Positions 1 to 10,841 of a stretch of DNA of 20,105 bases are shown here, one piece after another. Numbering within the stretch: the stretch's first letter is position 1; each line of letters begins with the position of its first letter. The notes under the pieces were generated by a model that was not told the origin of the DNA, did not search any database, and was given only the letters and a program-made list of their open reading frames with translations. The stretch comes from Ginkgo biloba (Eukaryota > Plantae > Ginkgophyta): positions 248,488,723 through 248,508,827 of the forward strand of contig JANKJI020000002.1 in assembly GCA_024626585.2 (NCBI GenBank). The letters run 5' to 3'. A program made the position numbers and the translations under genes.

Positions 1-499
1 AACTCCTAACTTCCAACTCTTGAAGCTTTGCCCCATATCATCTTTGATTGGAGATACCCAATACTAGGCCTTTGAGCTATTGCTTAAGGCTTTTATTCTT
101 TCACTATTGAAAGTGGTCCCCCATAGTGCCACAAGTAGTTCAAGGGTCCGCTTACATGCTTCATCATTTTTTTGAATTTAACCTTTCCAACAAGCTTCTT
201 CATCCATTTCTTTGAATCTAACCTTTCTCAATGTTAACTTAACTTGACTTGACTATAATAACTCAATTTTGGAAAACAAGAAAAAATGTTATGTTTAACA
301 ATTCTTGCATTGCTCACTCAAATTTTATTTTGAATAATATTATCTCCTACATCTTTGTTATTTGTTCAATGCAAATAAAGCCCTGGGCTACGAAAGTGCA
401 GTTGGAGTTGAACTATTTGTCAAAGTTGATTGCTCATTGGGGGGTTGCTCCATGTGCCGCCAATAGTGTTGCTAAAGGAGTACAATGAAAATAATTAAG

Positions 500-1310
500 A
501 CACCTTGGTTATTAAAATCCTTGCCACTACCCAATTAGATATAGGAAGAAATCTCTATGGACTTTATTATTGGCCTTCCTAAATATGAAGGTAAGGACAC
601 CATACTAGTTATAGTTGATAGGTTAACCNNNNNNNNNNNNNNNNNNNNNNNNNNNNNNNNNNNNNNNNNNNNNNNNNNNNNNGGTATTAATTAAAGAAAT
701 ATATAGGCTACATGGGATTCCAAAGGTGATAGTAAGTGATTGGGACCCCAATTTCATAAGTAATTTATAGACAAGTCTCTTCAAAATATTAGGTACAAAA
801 ATAGCTATGAGCATGGATTATCACCCATAATATAATGGGTAGATTTAAGTGGTTGATAAATGTTTGGAAGGGTACCTCCATAGCTATGTNNNNNNNNNNN
901 NNNNNNNNNNNNNNNNNNNNNNNNNNNNNNNNNNNNNNNNNATGGTGGTACAATACTACCTATCACATAGCTATAAAAATGACTCCTTTTTAGGCACTAT
1001 ATGGGTATGATCCACCTAACATCAGTAGTTTTATTCTAGATAATCCGAAGGTGCAAGTAGTGGAAAATCACATCCAATGGACTCAAGAGGTCTTAAGATT
1101 ACTCAAGGAAAGCTTGTATACATCACATAATAGAATGAAGCAACAAGAAAACAAGAAGAGAAGTGAACAAGTATTTGAACCAAATGACTGGGTATATTTA
1201 AGGTTGTATCCATTCAAACAAACAACCCTAAAAGAAGGGGAAATAACAATCTTGAAACAATATTCTATGGTCCTTATTAAATACTCAGAAGAGTTGGATA
1301 AGTATCTTAT
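500..1310 (+). pseudogene. Degenerate Ty3/gypsy integrase (rve core to GPY motif), chromovirus-like
   Basis: Manual translation: LPLPN*I*EEISMDFIIGLPKYEGKDTILVIVDRLT [gap] IKEIYRLHGIPKVIVSDWDPNF...YHP*YNG*I*VVDKCLEGYL [gap] WWYNTTYH..KMTPF*ALYGYDPP...RMKQQENKKRSEQVFEPNDWVYLRLYPFKQ, frameshift, FYGPY*ILRRVG*VSY. Many in-frame stops. Confidence 0.95.
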
Positions 1311-2086
1311 TTTAATGACCCAAATGATTAATTACTCAATAATATAGAGATAACATAGTTCATAATTAAAAATGATCTTCTAACTTCAGCACACACTTTC
1401 AATAGAATAATCACACAACTTCAAAATAGTTAAAAGTAAAAGAATTTAGAAGTAAACATAAGGGTGTGGGGCACCTTCTAACACAAAGTGTCATAGAACT
1501 AAGAGCACCTACTACCTAGAATAGTAATACTCTACTAAGATAATAATATAATATAAAAATGATATGATATGATTGTTAAAAGAGATGAAATAAGATTTAT
1601 ATATACTCTAAAATAGGGTGCCTTAACCTAAGAGTCATAAATCTTAGAGAAGAGGTGCCTTTTTTCCTTAACCTAGTTTTAGAACTTAAACCTTGGTGCC
1701 TTTTATTTAAGGCCTAGTTAAAGATTAATTAAGGTAAATTTAGGCTTACTAAGCCTCCCTCTTTAGGATTTTTACCCTTTTACTTGAGATAAGCCTATTT
1801 TAACTATTTATCCTCTATTCTATTTATATTCCATGTATTATATTGTTAGTTTAGNNNNNNNNNNNNNNNNNNNNNNNNNNNNNNNNNNNNNNNNNNNNNN
1901 NNNNNNNNNNNNNNNNNNNNNNNNNNNNNNNNNNNNNNNNNNNNNNNNNNNNNNTAAGCCTCCCTCTTTAGGAGTTTTACCTTCTTAGCTTAAAATAAGT
2001 TTATTTTAACTATCAAGTCGCTATTCTAGTTATGATTCAAGTGTAGAATGCCAAATTAGGCTTGAGTTTTGATTAGGTACATAACA
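1311..2086 (-). mobile_element. 3' LTR of a minus-strand gypsy element
   Basis: On the minus strand it starts TGTTATGTACC (2086) right after a purine tract. The other end (plus TTTAATGACC, 1311-1320) is an imperfect inverted copy and coincides with the abrupt end of the integrase. Contains an internal ~73-bp direct repeat (1750-1822 and 1955-2028). Confidence 0.75.
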
Positions 2087-2100
2087 TGCCCTCCCTACTT
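2087..2100 (-). other. Polypurine tract
   Basis: Minus strand AAGTAGGGAGGGCA lies between chromodomain-coding sequence and the TG LTR start. Confidence 0.75.
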
Positions 2101-2109
2101 AAAATTCTT

Positions 2110-2760
2110 TACCCTCAAATCAATGGTAAAGGCGTTTGTCGATCCACAAAGGTCTCAATTTTCCAACTGACATCTTCTATTGGTAATCCCTTTCATTTTA
2201 TCTTATATTCCTTTATTTATTTTCCTTATAGGTCCTTTGTTCATATGCCAATTATCCCTTATGATTCAATGATGGCACATCCTTCTTCATCCAACTCAAG
2301 CATATCAATTTGTGGAACTATGTTTTTTCCTAGATATTGGTCATATTCTACATCTTGGTTTGAACTCGATGCCTTCATGTTATATATCCAAGTCATGAAT
2401 CCAATGTGTCCTTTTTGTATAATCTTATTCATTTGTTGGGAGTTTACTACTTTATTTCTTCTAGCTTTTACTCCCTAGATTTTTTAAGGTACCCCCTTGA
2501 GAGTGAACATTATAAAATATATTTTTTGGTTTTTCCCATAAGTTCCAAGTGCGGTAAGCCATTAAACTCCAAGGACTACAATGACCCCTCTGACCTTTAT
2601 TACAAAGAATGAGTCTCTAATGGTGTACTCTCTTATCTTTAATTCCACATTGTGCACCACCCCAATACACATTAATTTCATTTTCCCTACAATGCTTATC
2701 TTGGATTCATAGCACAACATTTAACATTATAAATATTTATTGATCTTAGATCTATAAATG
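2110..2760 (-). pseudogene. Gypsy pol remnant: aspartic protease joined directly to the integrase chromodomain
   Basis: One frame 2699->2114: MKLMCIGVVHNVELKIREYTIRDSFFVIKVRGVIVVLGV*WLTALGTY (retropepsin C-half)...QMNKIIQKGHIG...DQY-LGKNIVPQIDMLELDEEGCAIIES*GII...IKEYKIK*KGLPIEDVSW (chromodomain). Possible decayed catalytic motif FIDLRS at 2758-2741 in another frame. Confidence 0.85.
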
Positions 2761-2950
2761 AATCAATCATTATAAAGAAGTTCTGGAGGTTGATTTCAAG
2801 AGGAGCTCAAAACAATAAGGGGGTTCAAACCACTTTCCAATATAAGGTGTAGCCACAAATTCACATTATAGGCATGAAGGTTTGCAAACTTTTATAATAT
2901 TAAAAATAAAAAATGATGTCATAGTAAAGATTAAACAACATATATCCAAC

Positions 2951-4263
2951 ATGGATAATGGTATGGCAAAAGTGATGTCATCCAGTCGTAGCAGAGGTAG
3001 TGGAGGTGATAGTGGAGATGGGCAGGGTAAGGGTTCTGTGGTGGACAATGACCCATCTACCCCTGTCGGAGGTGGTGTAAGAAAAGTGTCATGCGTGAAT
3101 GAGAGCTTAGGGGGTCCACGTCCATTTGACCTGAGCACTCTTTTTTGGGTCAGTATTCTAAAAGGCAAGAAGAAACTAGACAATAGTTATTTCAACTTGC
3201 TTCCTTCAAACGAAGAATTGCTAGTTCCAGATTCTCTTACTGATCTAGTAGTTGATCAAAGTAGGATCTCCCTAGTGGGGAAGCTTTGGGGGGTTTGGCC
3301 AAACTTAGACGCCATTCGAAAGTGAGCTCAAGAAAAATGGAAGCCCCAAGCTGGGATGGAAATTGTGGTGTTGCCCAAGAGTTTTTTTTGGGTGAAGTTG
3401 AGGTATGAATCCGATGTTGATAAGATTTTGATTGGAGGTCCTTGGTTCTTTGGTCGTAGAGGCATGTTCTTGAAGAAGTGGATGCTTCACTTTAATCCCC
3501 ATTCTCAAAATATGGATCTCGCCCCTATCTGGGTGAGACTTCCAAGGCTCTCGATCCTTTTTTGGCATGAAGACATTATGGCAAGAATCACTAGAGAGAT
3601 GGGTTAGTTGATTTTCATTGACCTAGCAACACTGAGTGAATCAAGAATGATTTATGCTAGGTTCTGTGTTCTGCAGATCTTACCAAAGAGCTCCCAAAAT
3701 CCATTAAGTTAGTTTCCAAATTTAGGGATTGGAATCAGATCAAAGTTTCCTTTACAAAGGGCCTCATGTTGGTCCTTCTAATCGAAGGTGGAAAAGGAAA
3801 AGTCCTCCCCAAACTCAACTGGAGGGGTCAGGCCATCATCTATAGGAAGATCTGTTGGTTTTATATAAAGGTCCTCGAGAGGCAGAAGGGTCATCTAGGC
3901 AAGAAGTAAAAATCCATTCTTATGAAGAGGATATGAGAATGGAAGAATACTAGGCCCCCTTAAACCTCCCTGGAGAGGCTCCTCCTATCTAGGATGATAA
4001 TCAATTTGCTTTCCTTCTGGAATCCCCAGAGGAGCCAACAAAAGTATTGAAGCCTGGGGATTCCCTTAGTGGGAACCCTCAATCCCAGGAGAAGAAAATC
4101 TTTATAGGATCCACTTGAAGCTATCAGTAGATGTAGGAGCTCAAGGGGGAAGGGGGAAGCCACCATCATCAGTAATTTTATAAAAATAAATAGCTAAGGA
4201 GATTGTTAATGGAACTCAAGCAGTGTTAAATTTTGGAGGGAAGGGGAAATATTTAAAAAATAA
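2951..4263 (+). pseudogene. L1-type LINE ORF1 (DUF4283), disrupted
   Basis: SLVGKLWGVWPNLDAIRK*AQEKWKP...GGPWFFGRRGMFLKKW..FNP...APIWVRLPRL..FWHED...ID.....RMIYARFCV, frameshift, DLTKELPKSIKL...WNQ, then a low-complexity C-terminus with NQFAFL. Start position approximate. Confidence 0.9.
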
Positions 4264-4266
4264 GAA

Positions 4267-4405
4267 ATAAAAATTCTCTCATGGAATATAAGGGGACATA
4301 ATGCCCCATCTAAGTAGAGGTTAGTTGTAGATCTTAGAAAAGAACATAACCCAAACATGATTTTACTTCAAGAAATAAAATTAGATGAATCAAAAGTGGA
4401 TAGAG
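4267..4405 (+). pseudogene. LINE ORF2 APE-type endonuclease N-terminus
   Basis: IKILSWNIRGHNAPSK*RLVVDLRKEHNPNMILLQEIK matches the SWNIRG and LQETK motifs. The start codon appears decayed to ATA; it directly follows ORF1 and runs into a gap. Confidence 0.92.
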
Positions 4406-4623
4406 NNNNNNNNNNNNNNNNNNNNNNNNNNNNNNNNNNNNNNNNNNNNNNNNNNNNNNNNNNNNNNNNNNNNNNNNNNNNNNNNNNNNNNNNNNNNNNN
4501 NNNNNGGTCTGAGCGTTCTGGAGATCAAATCCTTGGCAGAGGGAAAAATAGAACATCATTTCTCCAAGACATTCATGGATTTAGATTTGAAAGGGGTTTC
4601 TCCAATGAGAACATAACATAATT

Positions 4624-4961
4624 GGCCGGGACACGTAAGAGAGTTTATGTCTCTGTTACGTGGCTAGGCCACGTAACAAAGGCATATATATATTACGGCT
4701 CTCTTACGTGGCAGGGCCACATAATAGAGTCTATGCCTCTGTTACATGGTTGGGCCACGTAACAGAGATATATTATCTCTATTATACGTGGCTGGGCCAT
4801 GCATAACAAAGATATATTATCTCTGTTATGTGACCGACCCAGGACACGTAATAGAGATAATATATCTCTATTATACATGGTTAGGTGATGTAACAGAGAT
4901 ATAATATAATATCTTTATTACATGGCTTAACCATGTAACAAAGATATTCTATTATACGTAG
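4624..4961. repeat. Array of alternating inverted ~14-bp motifs (GCCACGTAACAGAG and its reverse complement)
   Basis: 8 forward arms (4631, 4668, 4716, 4754, 4796, 4843, 4885, 4930) strictly alternate with 8 reverse arms (4651, 4699, 4737, 4777, 4821, 4866, 4913, 4947); period about 38-48 bp. Confidence 0.95.
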
Positions 4962-5796
4962 AAACATTTTCTTAAACATGAATTAAAGTACCATTCTAAT
5001 TATAGAATTAATTTCCAACATTGAAATTCTCATTCCATTGCACAAAATCATATCATTCAAAGCACTAATATCCCTCTGTGGCCTTTATTGAACAAAATGA
5101 CTTCACAACCTCTATTGAATAGACTTGATCCTACTCAAAATTTACAAGTATAGGTATATAAAAACTTTAGACTTAATAAATATAAATATAGAGCATAATT
5201 ATAAGAGACAAAAAGGACATAACCCTTTGCTGAGCCAATTTTGGTACTCTTGCATAATAACTTTCTTTATAATGATTTACACAAGGAATTGAAATCTTGT
5301 CCTAAACCTCTCCTTGTATGTTCAATGCTCTTTCCTCTCAAAATCTTCTTCCTTTCAGCTACACATTAAAGATCTCCTTCTCCTTCCATCTTTATTTGAT
5401 GGTTATCATAGTTGCAGTAAGATTCTAGAGCCTTCTAGAAGCTTTTAGAGGATTCGACCAATCTTGTAATCTTGTTGAAGTAGGGGACACATTTGAAATT
5501 TTAATTCCTTCTTAATTTCAAATTCATTTTCACCTCCTTTTTTCACCTCACTACTATAATTTGATATTTTTATAGAATTACTTTTACCTTTACATCACTT
5601 GTGTGTGTGAATAAAAATTACATCACATTATATAAAATTGGCACTCGCTAGGCACAAAATGTAACAAGGAAGACAAGTGCACAATTAAGATATTAGATAT
5701 GTGAGTGCTAAAGAACAAAGCCCATATTGGCTCACATCATTTGTAAGTCCAATAATTAGGCTTGTTAGAATAGTGATTCACTCCCCTCTATGATTC

Positions 5797-5868
5797 GGTT
5801 ATGCTACTGCTATTGAAGATTGAAGTGTGCCATGCCTTGGTTATGATGTTGCTATTGAAGATTGAAGT
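5797..5868 (+). repeat. Imperfect 30-bp direct repeat, 42-bp period
   Basis: GGTTATGCTACTGCTATTGAAGATTGAAGT (5797-5826) and GGTTATGATGTTGCTATTGAAGATTGAAGT (5839-5868). Confidence 0.85.
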
Positions 5869-7613
5869 CTATTGGGATTGTTTTTTATATCTANNNNNNN
5901 NNNNNNNNNNNNNNNNNNNNNNNNNNNNNNNNNNNNNNNNNNNNNNNNNNNNNNNNNNNNNNNNNNNNNNNNNNNNNNNNNNNNNNNNNNNNNATTTTCT
6001 ATAAAAAAATTACTATGTTTTATTGTAGTTTTTTTAATTTTCTTTACATTAAACATTATTACTCTCATTTTATGGATTTAATATACTATACAAATTTTCC
6101 CATGACTTGATCCAACCCTATATATAGTTGTAATTACATTATGGGATATTATAATCCCTTGCTATTGGTAGACCTTGATGAGGCATCATATAACCTCTTG
6201 GTCCATTTTCACTTCCACCTAAATTAATATAATTGGGATGTTGGCCTTCAATAATTAGTCTTCATATCATTCTCTATGATTTCTCTCTAAACTACAACAT
6301 TTGGGATTATAGTTTTAATTGTTTATTATGTGGCCATAATAAATAAGTGTGTATGATTTGGCAAATGAAAACACCATTAATCCTTTTCTTGGGCTATGAA
6401 TATTAAAATGTAGAACCTCCAAAATTGTGTAGAGAATATGGAGAGAAGATAAGATCCCCTAAAACTTGTTGTTTATATTAATACCTAATCTTTGGCAAGG
6501 ATATCCAATGTCACTATGATTGAGACATTGCATGTACACCATTGCTCCTTTTCCATTCTATGAAACTCTACATATCAAGGGAAGAAAAAAAAAAAATAGA
6601 GGCATATCATTCCTTCATNNNNNNNNNNNNNNNNNCCTTTATCACAAAGGCATATTGCACCTTATCGACATTGAGTCCCTGCCACATCCTACTTAACCTT
6701 ATGCTCCCCTTAATGTCCTCTTCCTATTAAGGAACACAATAACTCTAAAAAATCATTCTTATTTCTAACATGCCTATGCACCTCTCTTATACAAATAAAT
6801 AAAGTGACATATTTCATATATTTAAAGGTTTTCATTTAGTTAATAGAGTTTCCTTCTAGATTTAACTACATCATAGGGAATCTTATAAGCTCAAGGGTTG
6901 GGCTTAAAATAGTATGAGTGACTAAATCTATTTTAAGCCTTCCTTTAGTGTTTTCAAGTTTTCAAACCCATCCTATATATATTATCAGGAGAAGAGAAGC
7001 ATTAGGGGGAGGAATCATATGAGCCACAACATTCTTAATCAAGAGGGTTATTGTTTGTAGTCCAAGTTGTGAATAATTATGTAACACCATATTTAATCCA
7101 AGATAAATTAACATGGAGACTAAATATTAATGAATATTAGGTAAGTGGAAAGTCTTTATAATTAGAAACGTTTTGAAGGGAGGGCTATCAAGTGGCTTTA
7201 TATGTCATCTCTTATGCTTGAGGGGCCTACACAAATGCTACACCACCAATGGAAATAATATGAGAATAATTCATAATCATTACATCTGTTATGACCACCT
7301 ATACCTTTATAAGTATTTAGTGCATGCATTGCAAAGGGGCTTGTTGGTCTAAGGATTGTGGTATTTCATGAGTTGTAGGATGCTCATTTAATAATACAAG
7401 GACTAGTTAGAAGTATTTAAAAATGAATGAAGGACTTCTGAAGAGAAGTTAAACTATTTAATATTCTTCTTTAATTCTTATAATATTTAAATTTTCTTCC
7501 ATTTTTTATATCCAATTTAATCCATATGAAACCTATGTTGAGGTCTCCACCCATTGTCCAAAAACTATAAGGTTTTGGAGATTTACTACTAAGGTGGAAA
7601 AGGTGTTATAATA

Positions 7614-8017
7614 TGTAATGCCCACTATTTTTCCCCTCCTATATAGTCCTAGCATTTTCATAAGGGTGTTGTCCTATATTTATTTTAGCATTTACATTAT
7701 GACTTGCCAATAACTAAGAATAATACAACAAAGGAAATAATAAAATATGCAAACTATGGGTACATTTTGAGGATAGAATCACCATATAACCAAACTAGAG
7801 TATTTATAACTTCATTCAATATATGTCAATGGGGAAACATGTTGTCATAGTGCAATAGAGTAAAAATGCATAAAAATAAATAAATAAACTTTAGTAATAT
7901 CACACTTTTAACCAACCACCTAGTCATAACAACCCTCTTACTACACCAATCCACATAAATACATCACACATTCAAACCTTGAGTCTTCCTTGGCACAACA
8001 AATATCTTGGGATTACA
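7614..8017. mobile_element. Putative solo or truncated LTR (~400 bp)
   Basis: Begins TGTAATGCCC and ends GGGATTACA (inverted TG...CA termini). The flanks TAATA and AGGGG do not form a target-site duplication. Confidence 0.45.
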
Positions 8018-9419
8018 AGGGGCTAAAGTTCAATTCCTTTTAGTTTTTAAATCAAAATTCAGATTAATTAAAAATCAAATTTGTTAGTATAGATCTCTTT
8101 ATCCATGTNNNNNNNNNNNNNNNNNNNNNNNNNNNNNNNNNNNNNNNNNNNNNNNNNNNNNNNNNNNNNNNNNNNNNNNNNNNNNNNNNNNNNNNNNNNN
8201 NNNNNNNNAAAAAGGAAAATAGAGGTGAAAACTAGAGAATGAAATAAGTATTACTTAAGAAAGTCAAAATTTGACTAAGCTAGGGTTAGGGTTAGATGGA
8301 CGGAAGAGAGACACCTCTCCTCCTTCACGAAGAAGAAGCTAGTCCTTCACTCACCCTACTTGGGTGCAAATCACACATCGAAGGAGCCCATGATCTGGCG
8401 AAAGAAAAAGATGATAAGTTTCTCGTTCATTAGTTNNNNNNNNNNNNNNNNNNNNNNNNNNNNNNNNTAGATATTTGCAAGGGTTCTCTAGAGGTTTGTG
8501 TCATGTTCACCATTCTCTTTGGACAATTTGGGTCAGTTCTCATCAGTAACACTTATGTCTTCCTATTTTTGTTCTAGGAGATGGTTTCCGGTTGGTTTCT
8601 AGTATGCGGCTCTTAATACCCTCTTATTTTTTGTAATATGGTGGTGTGACATGTTTCAATAATGGTCTTGGTTATGGAAGTCAATGGTGTTTTTACTCCC
8701 CTCAGCAACTTGTATCCCCTTGACTCTTATATTCAATTTTTGTCGAAGTGTGTTGGTTTAGTTCTTCTCTTATAACTAGATTTGACCCCATCTCATGGGT
8801 GGATCTTGGCATCACCTATAGATGAAACATTCCATCTTGTAGGTGTTTTGGTAGAGTAGTTTCCCAGTTAATCGTTCACCTTTCAATAACATGTTTAGTC
8901 TTTGTTGGATAGTAGATCTTTCGATCATGCAATCTATTTTGTCTGGTTCTCTCTAATGTATGGTGGTTTAAGGTTTTAAGACCAATAGGGTTTTGAATCA
9001 ATATCTTTTCCTTTGTTGTTCGTATTGTATTCTAGCACCCTATATAGTTGTTGTGTTACCCTTTGTTTATATCTAAGCTCTTACTATGCCCTGTGTGGCA
9101 ATTATCTATCTTGTAATCCTAAGAGAAATGCATCATGTCTAGGGGATTTTTAGTGAGCTCTAAAACCCTAGATTTTAAGAGTGATCTTACCCTGCTATTG
9201 CCCATTTTTTTTTCTATAAATCAATATAATTCTTCCTATTTTGAATGAAAAGAAAATAATATTTACAAAAACGAAAATTGACTAATTTATNNNNNNNNNN
9301 NNNNNNNNNNNNNNNNNNNNNNNNNNNNNNNNNNNNNNNNNNNNNNNNNNNNNNNNNNNNNNNNNNNNNNNNNNNNNNNNNNNNNNNNNNTTCCTAACAC
9401 TTTTTCCTCTTCTACATCT

Positions 9420-9960
9420 GAGTAGAAATTCCAAGCACAATATTTGACAAGAGATTACATTGGATTTGGAGATATATTAGGCTAAATATAAATATTTTTA
9501 TGATAGAGATTGAGTAAATTATAGTTTTTATGTTAGGTATAAAGATTGTCTCTATCGACCTAAGGACATATTTAAGGAGGGGTAGAAGATCAAACTACTT
9601 TGATTTAGGTCATACACTATCTTGGAGTAGTATGGGAAGATTTCCTTCCTCCTTACCTTACCTCCCTATATGGGTATACATCTAGTTTTTAATGTACATA
9701 AGTTGAAATTATATAAGCCCCATTTTTTGGATGAGTTGGATTCATATCTATCCCAACATTTAAATGGTTTATATCTTAACAACATAGAGTCACTTTTGGA
9801 GGATAGGATATTTTAACACTAGGCTAAGATGACTTGATCTTCTAGTATTAATTATTTTTTTATAGTAAATAAGGGAAAGTATCCTCACCATGCATGTTGG
9901 ATGACTTTAGATAGATTGTTGACTTAGATGCCTCACTTACTAGATAAAGTAATGGTCCCA
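9420..9960 (+). pseudogene. Gypsy integrase C-terminus (decayed GPY/F region plus chromodomain-like tail), CRM-clade-like
   Basis: Single frame with 10 stops: *AKYKYFYDRD*VNYSFYV...PKDIFKEG*KIKLL*FRSYTILE*YGKISFLLTLPPYMGIHLVFNVHKLKLYKPHFLDE...EDRIF...YFFIVNKGKYPHHACWMTLDRLLT*MPHL. Confidence 0.85.
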
Positions 9961-10841
9961 AGGGAGGAAGAATTGATGTGTTATAGGACACATAAGGGCC
10001 TACCACTTGGTCTCCTAATGTTCTATCCTTTAGAGGGATATGACCAAAGGGAATACCATGTGAGAATAACTTCCTTATTATTAATTATTGAATAGGAGTT
10101 TTCTCCATCATTAGTTTCTTCTATTAGTTATCATAGTANNNNNNNNNNNNNNNNNNNNNNNNNNNNNNNAATAAGTCCCTTAGTAAATTTTAGTTTACTT
10201 CACTTTACATATAAAATCTTGCATGAGTGGTGCATGGATGATCTCCACTCTATTTTGAGAACCTTAGATCTCTATATAAGGATGCCTTAGGCTATGTATT
10301 TTACACATTATTCTTATCCTTATTAACATACTGCAAGTTTTAAGTCTTAAATCTTATCTTATAGGATTTTGGATTCTTATCTTAATATTTTGTTATATTC
10401 TTTCTTTGTTATTCAATCTAATCCTTCCTATTATCGTAAACTTATTAATATTAAGATTAGGTTGGGTACTTGAGAAGTAAATTCATACATGTAGAGTTTG
10501 CGCATTTTTAAGATGAGTTTTCTAGTTTTTATCTTCAAAGAAAAGGTGCAACATTCAAAGTGGAGAAGCCATAATGCCTGGAAAAAAAAAATTTGCAGCA
10601 CTTAGAAGGCATGATGTAATCTATGCATGCACCCAAAATCTATCTGAGAGTTAATTTTTATAGTTGGGACCAAATTTTAGGTTCAAGACTAAACCATTAA
10701 GGTTTCCTAAACCTCTTTTACCTATCTATGTTGATCAAGCACTTATAGTGCATGTGTTTCTCTTAATGCGAATCAAGTTTCTTCAACTTCTGCTCATATG
10801 AGAATTCCTAAGTTATAAATTCTACCTAGTTCATTACATCA
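9960..10841 (+). mobile_element. PPT plus 3' LTR with TGATG start (right boundary uncertain)
   Basis: AAGGGAGGAAGAA (9960-9972), then TGATGT at 9974. TATA-like CTATATAAGG near 10272; candidate end ACATCA at 10836-10841. A second TGATGTAAT at 10612 also pairs with this end. Confidence 0.7.

Noticed and set aside
1-488. 79-aa ORF and a ~35-bp imperfect duplication at ~149-231
   Set aside because: No recognisable protein family in the frames examined; the duplication is minor.
2086-2612. Plus-strand ORFs of 130 and 68 aa
   Set aside because: Antisense shadows of the minus-strand pol remnant.
4624-4961. CRISPR array
   Set aside because: Linkers are 3-17 nt, low-complexity and repeated rather than unique spacers; plant context; no cas genes.
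5639-5655. TGGCACTCGCTAGG as primer-binding site
   Set aside because: Could not match it to a tRNA 3' end, and no clear CA LTR end precedes it.
4334-6110. ORF-track entries containing X runs (here and at 12160, 12520, 16152, 16175, 18028)
   Set aside because: Their length comes from N gaps.
8281-8295. TAGGGTTAGGGTTAG as interstitial telomere
   Set aside because: Only ~2.5 units; such short motifs are common in plant repeats.
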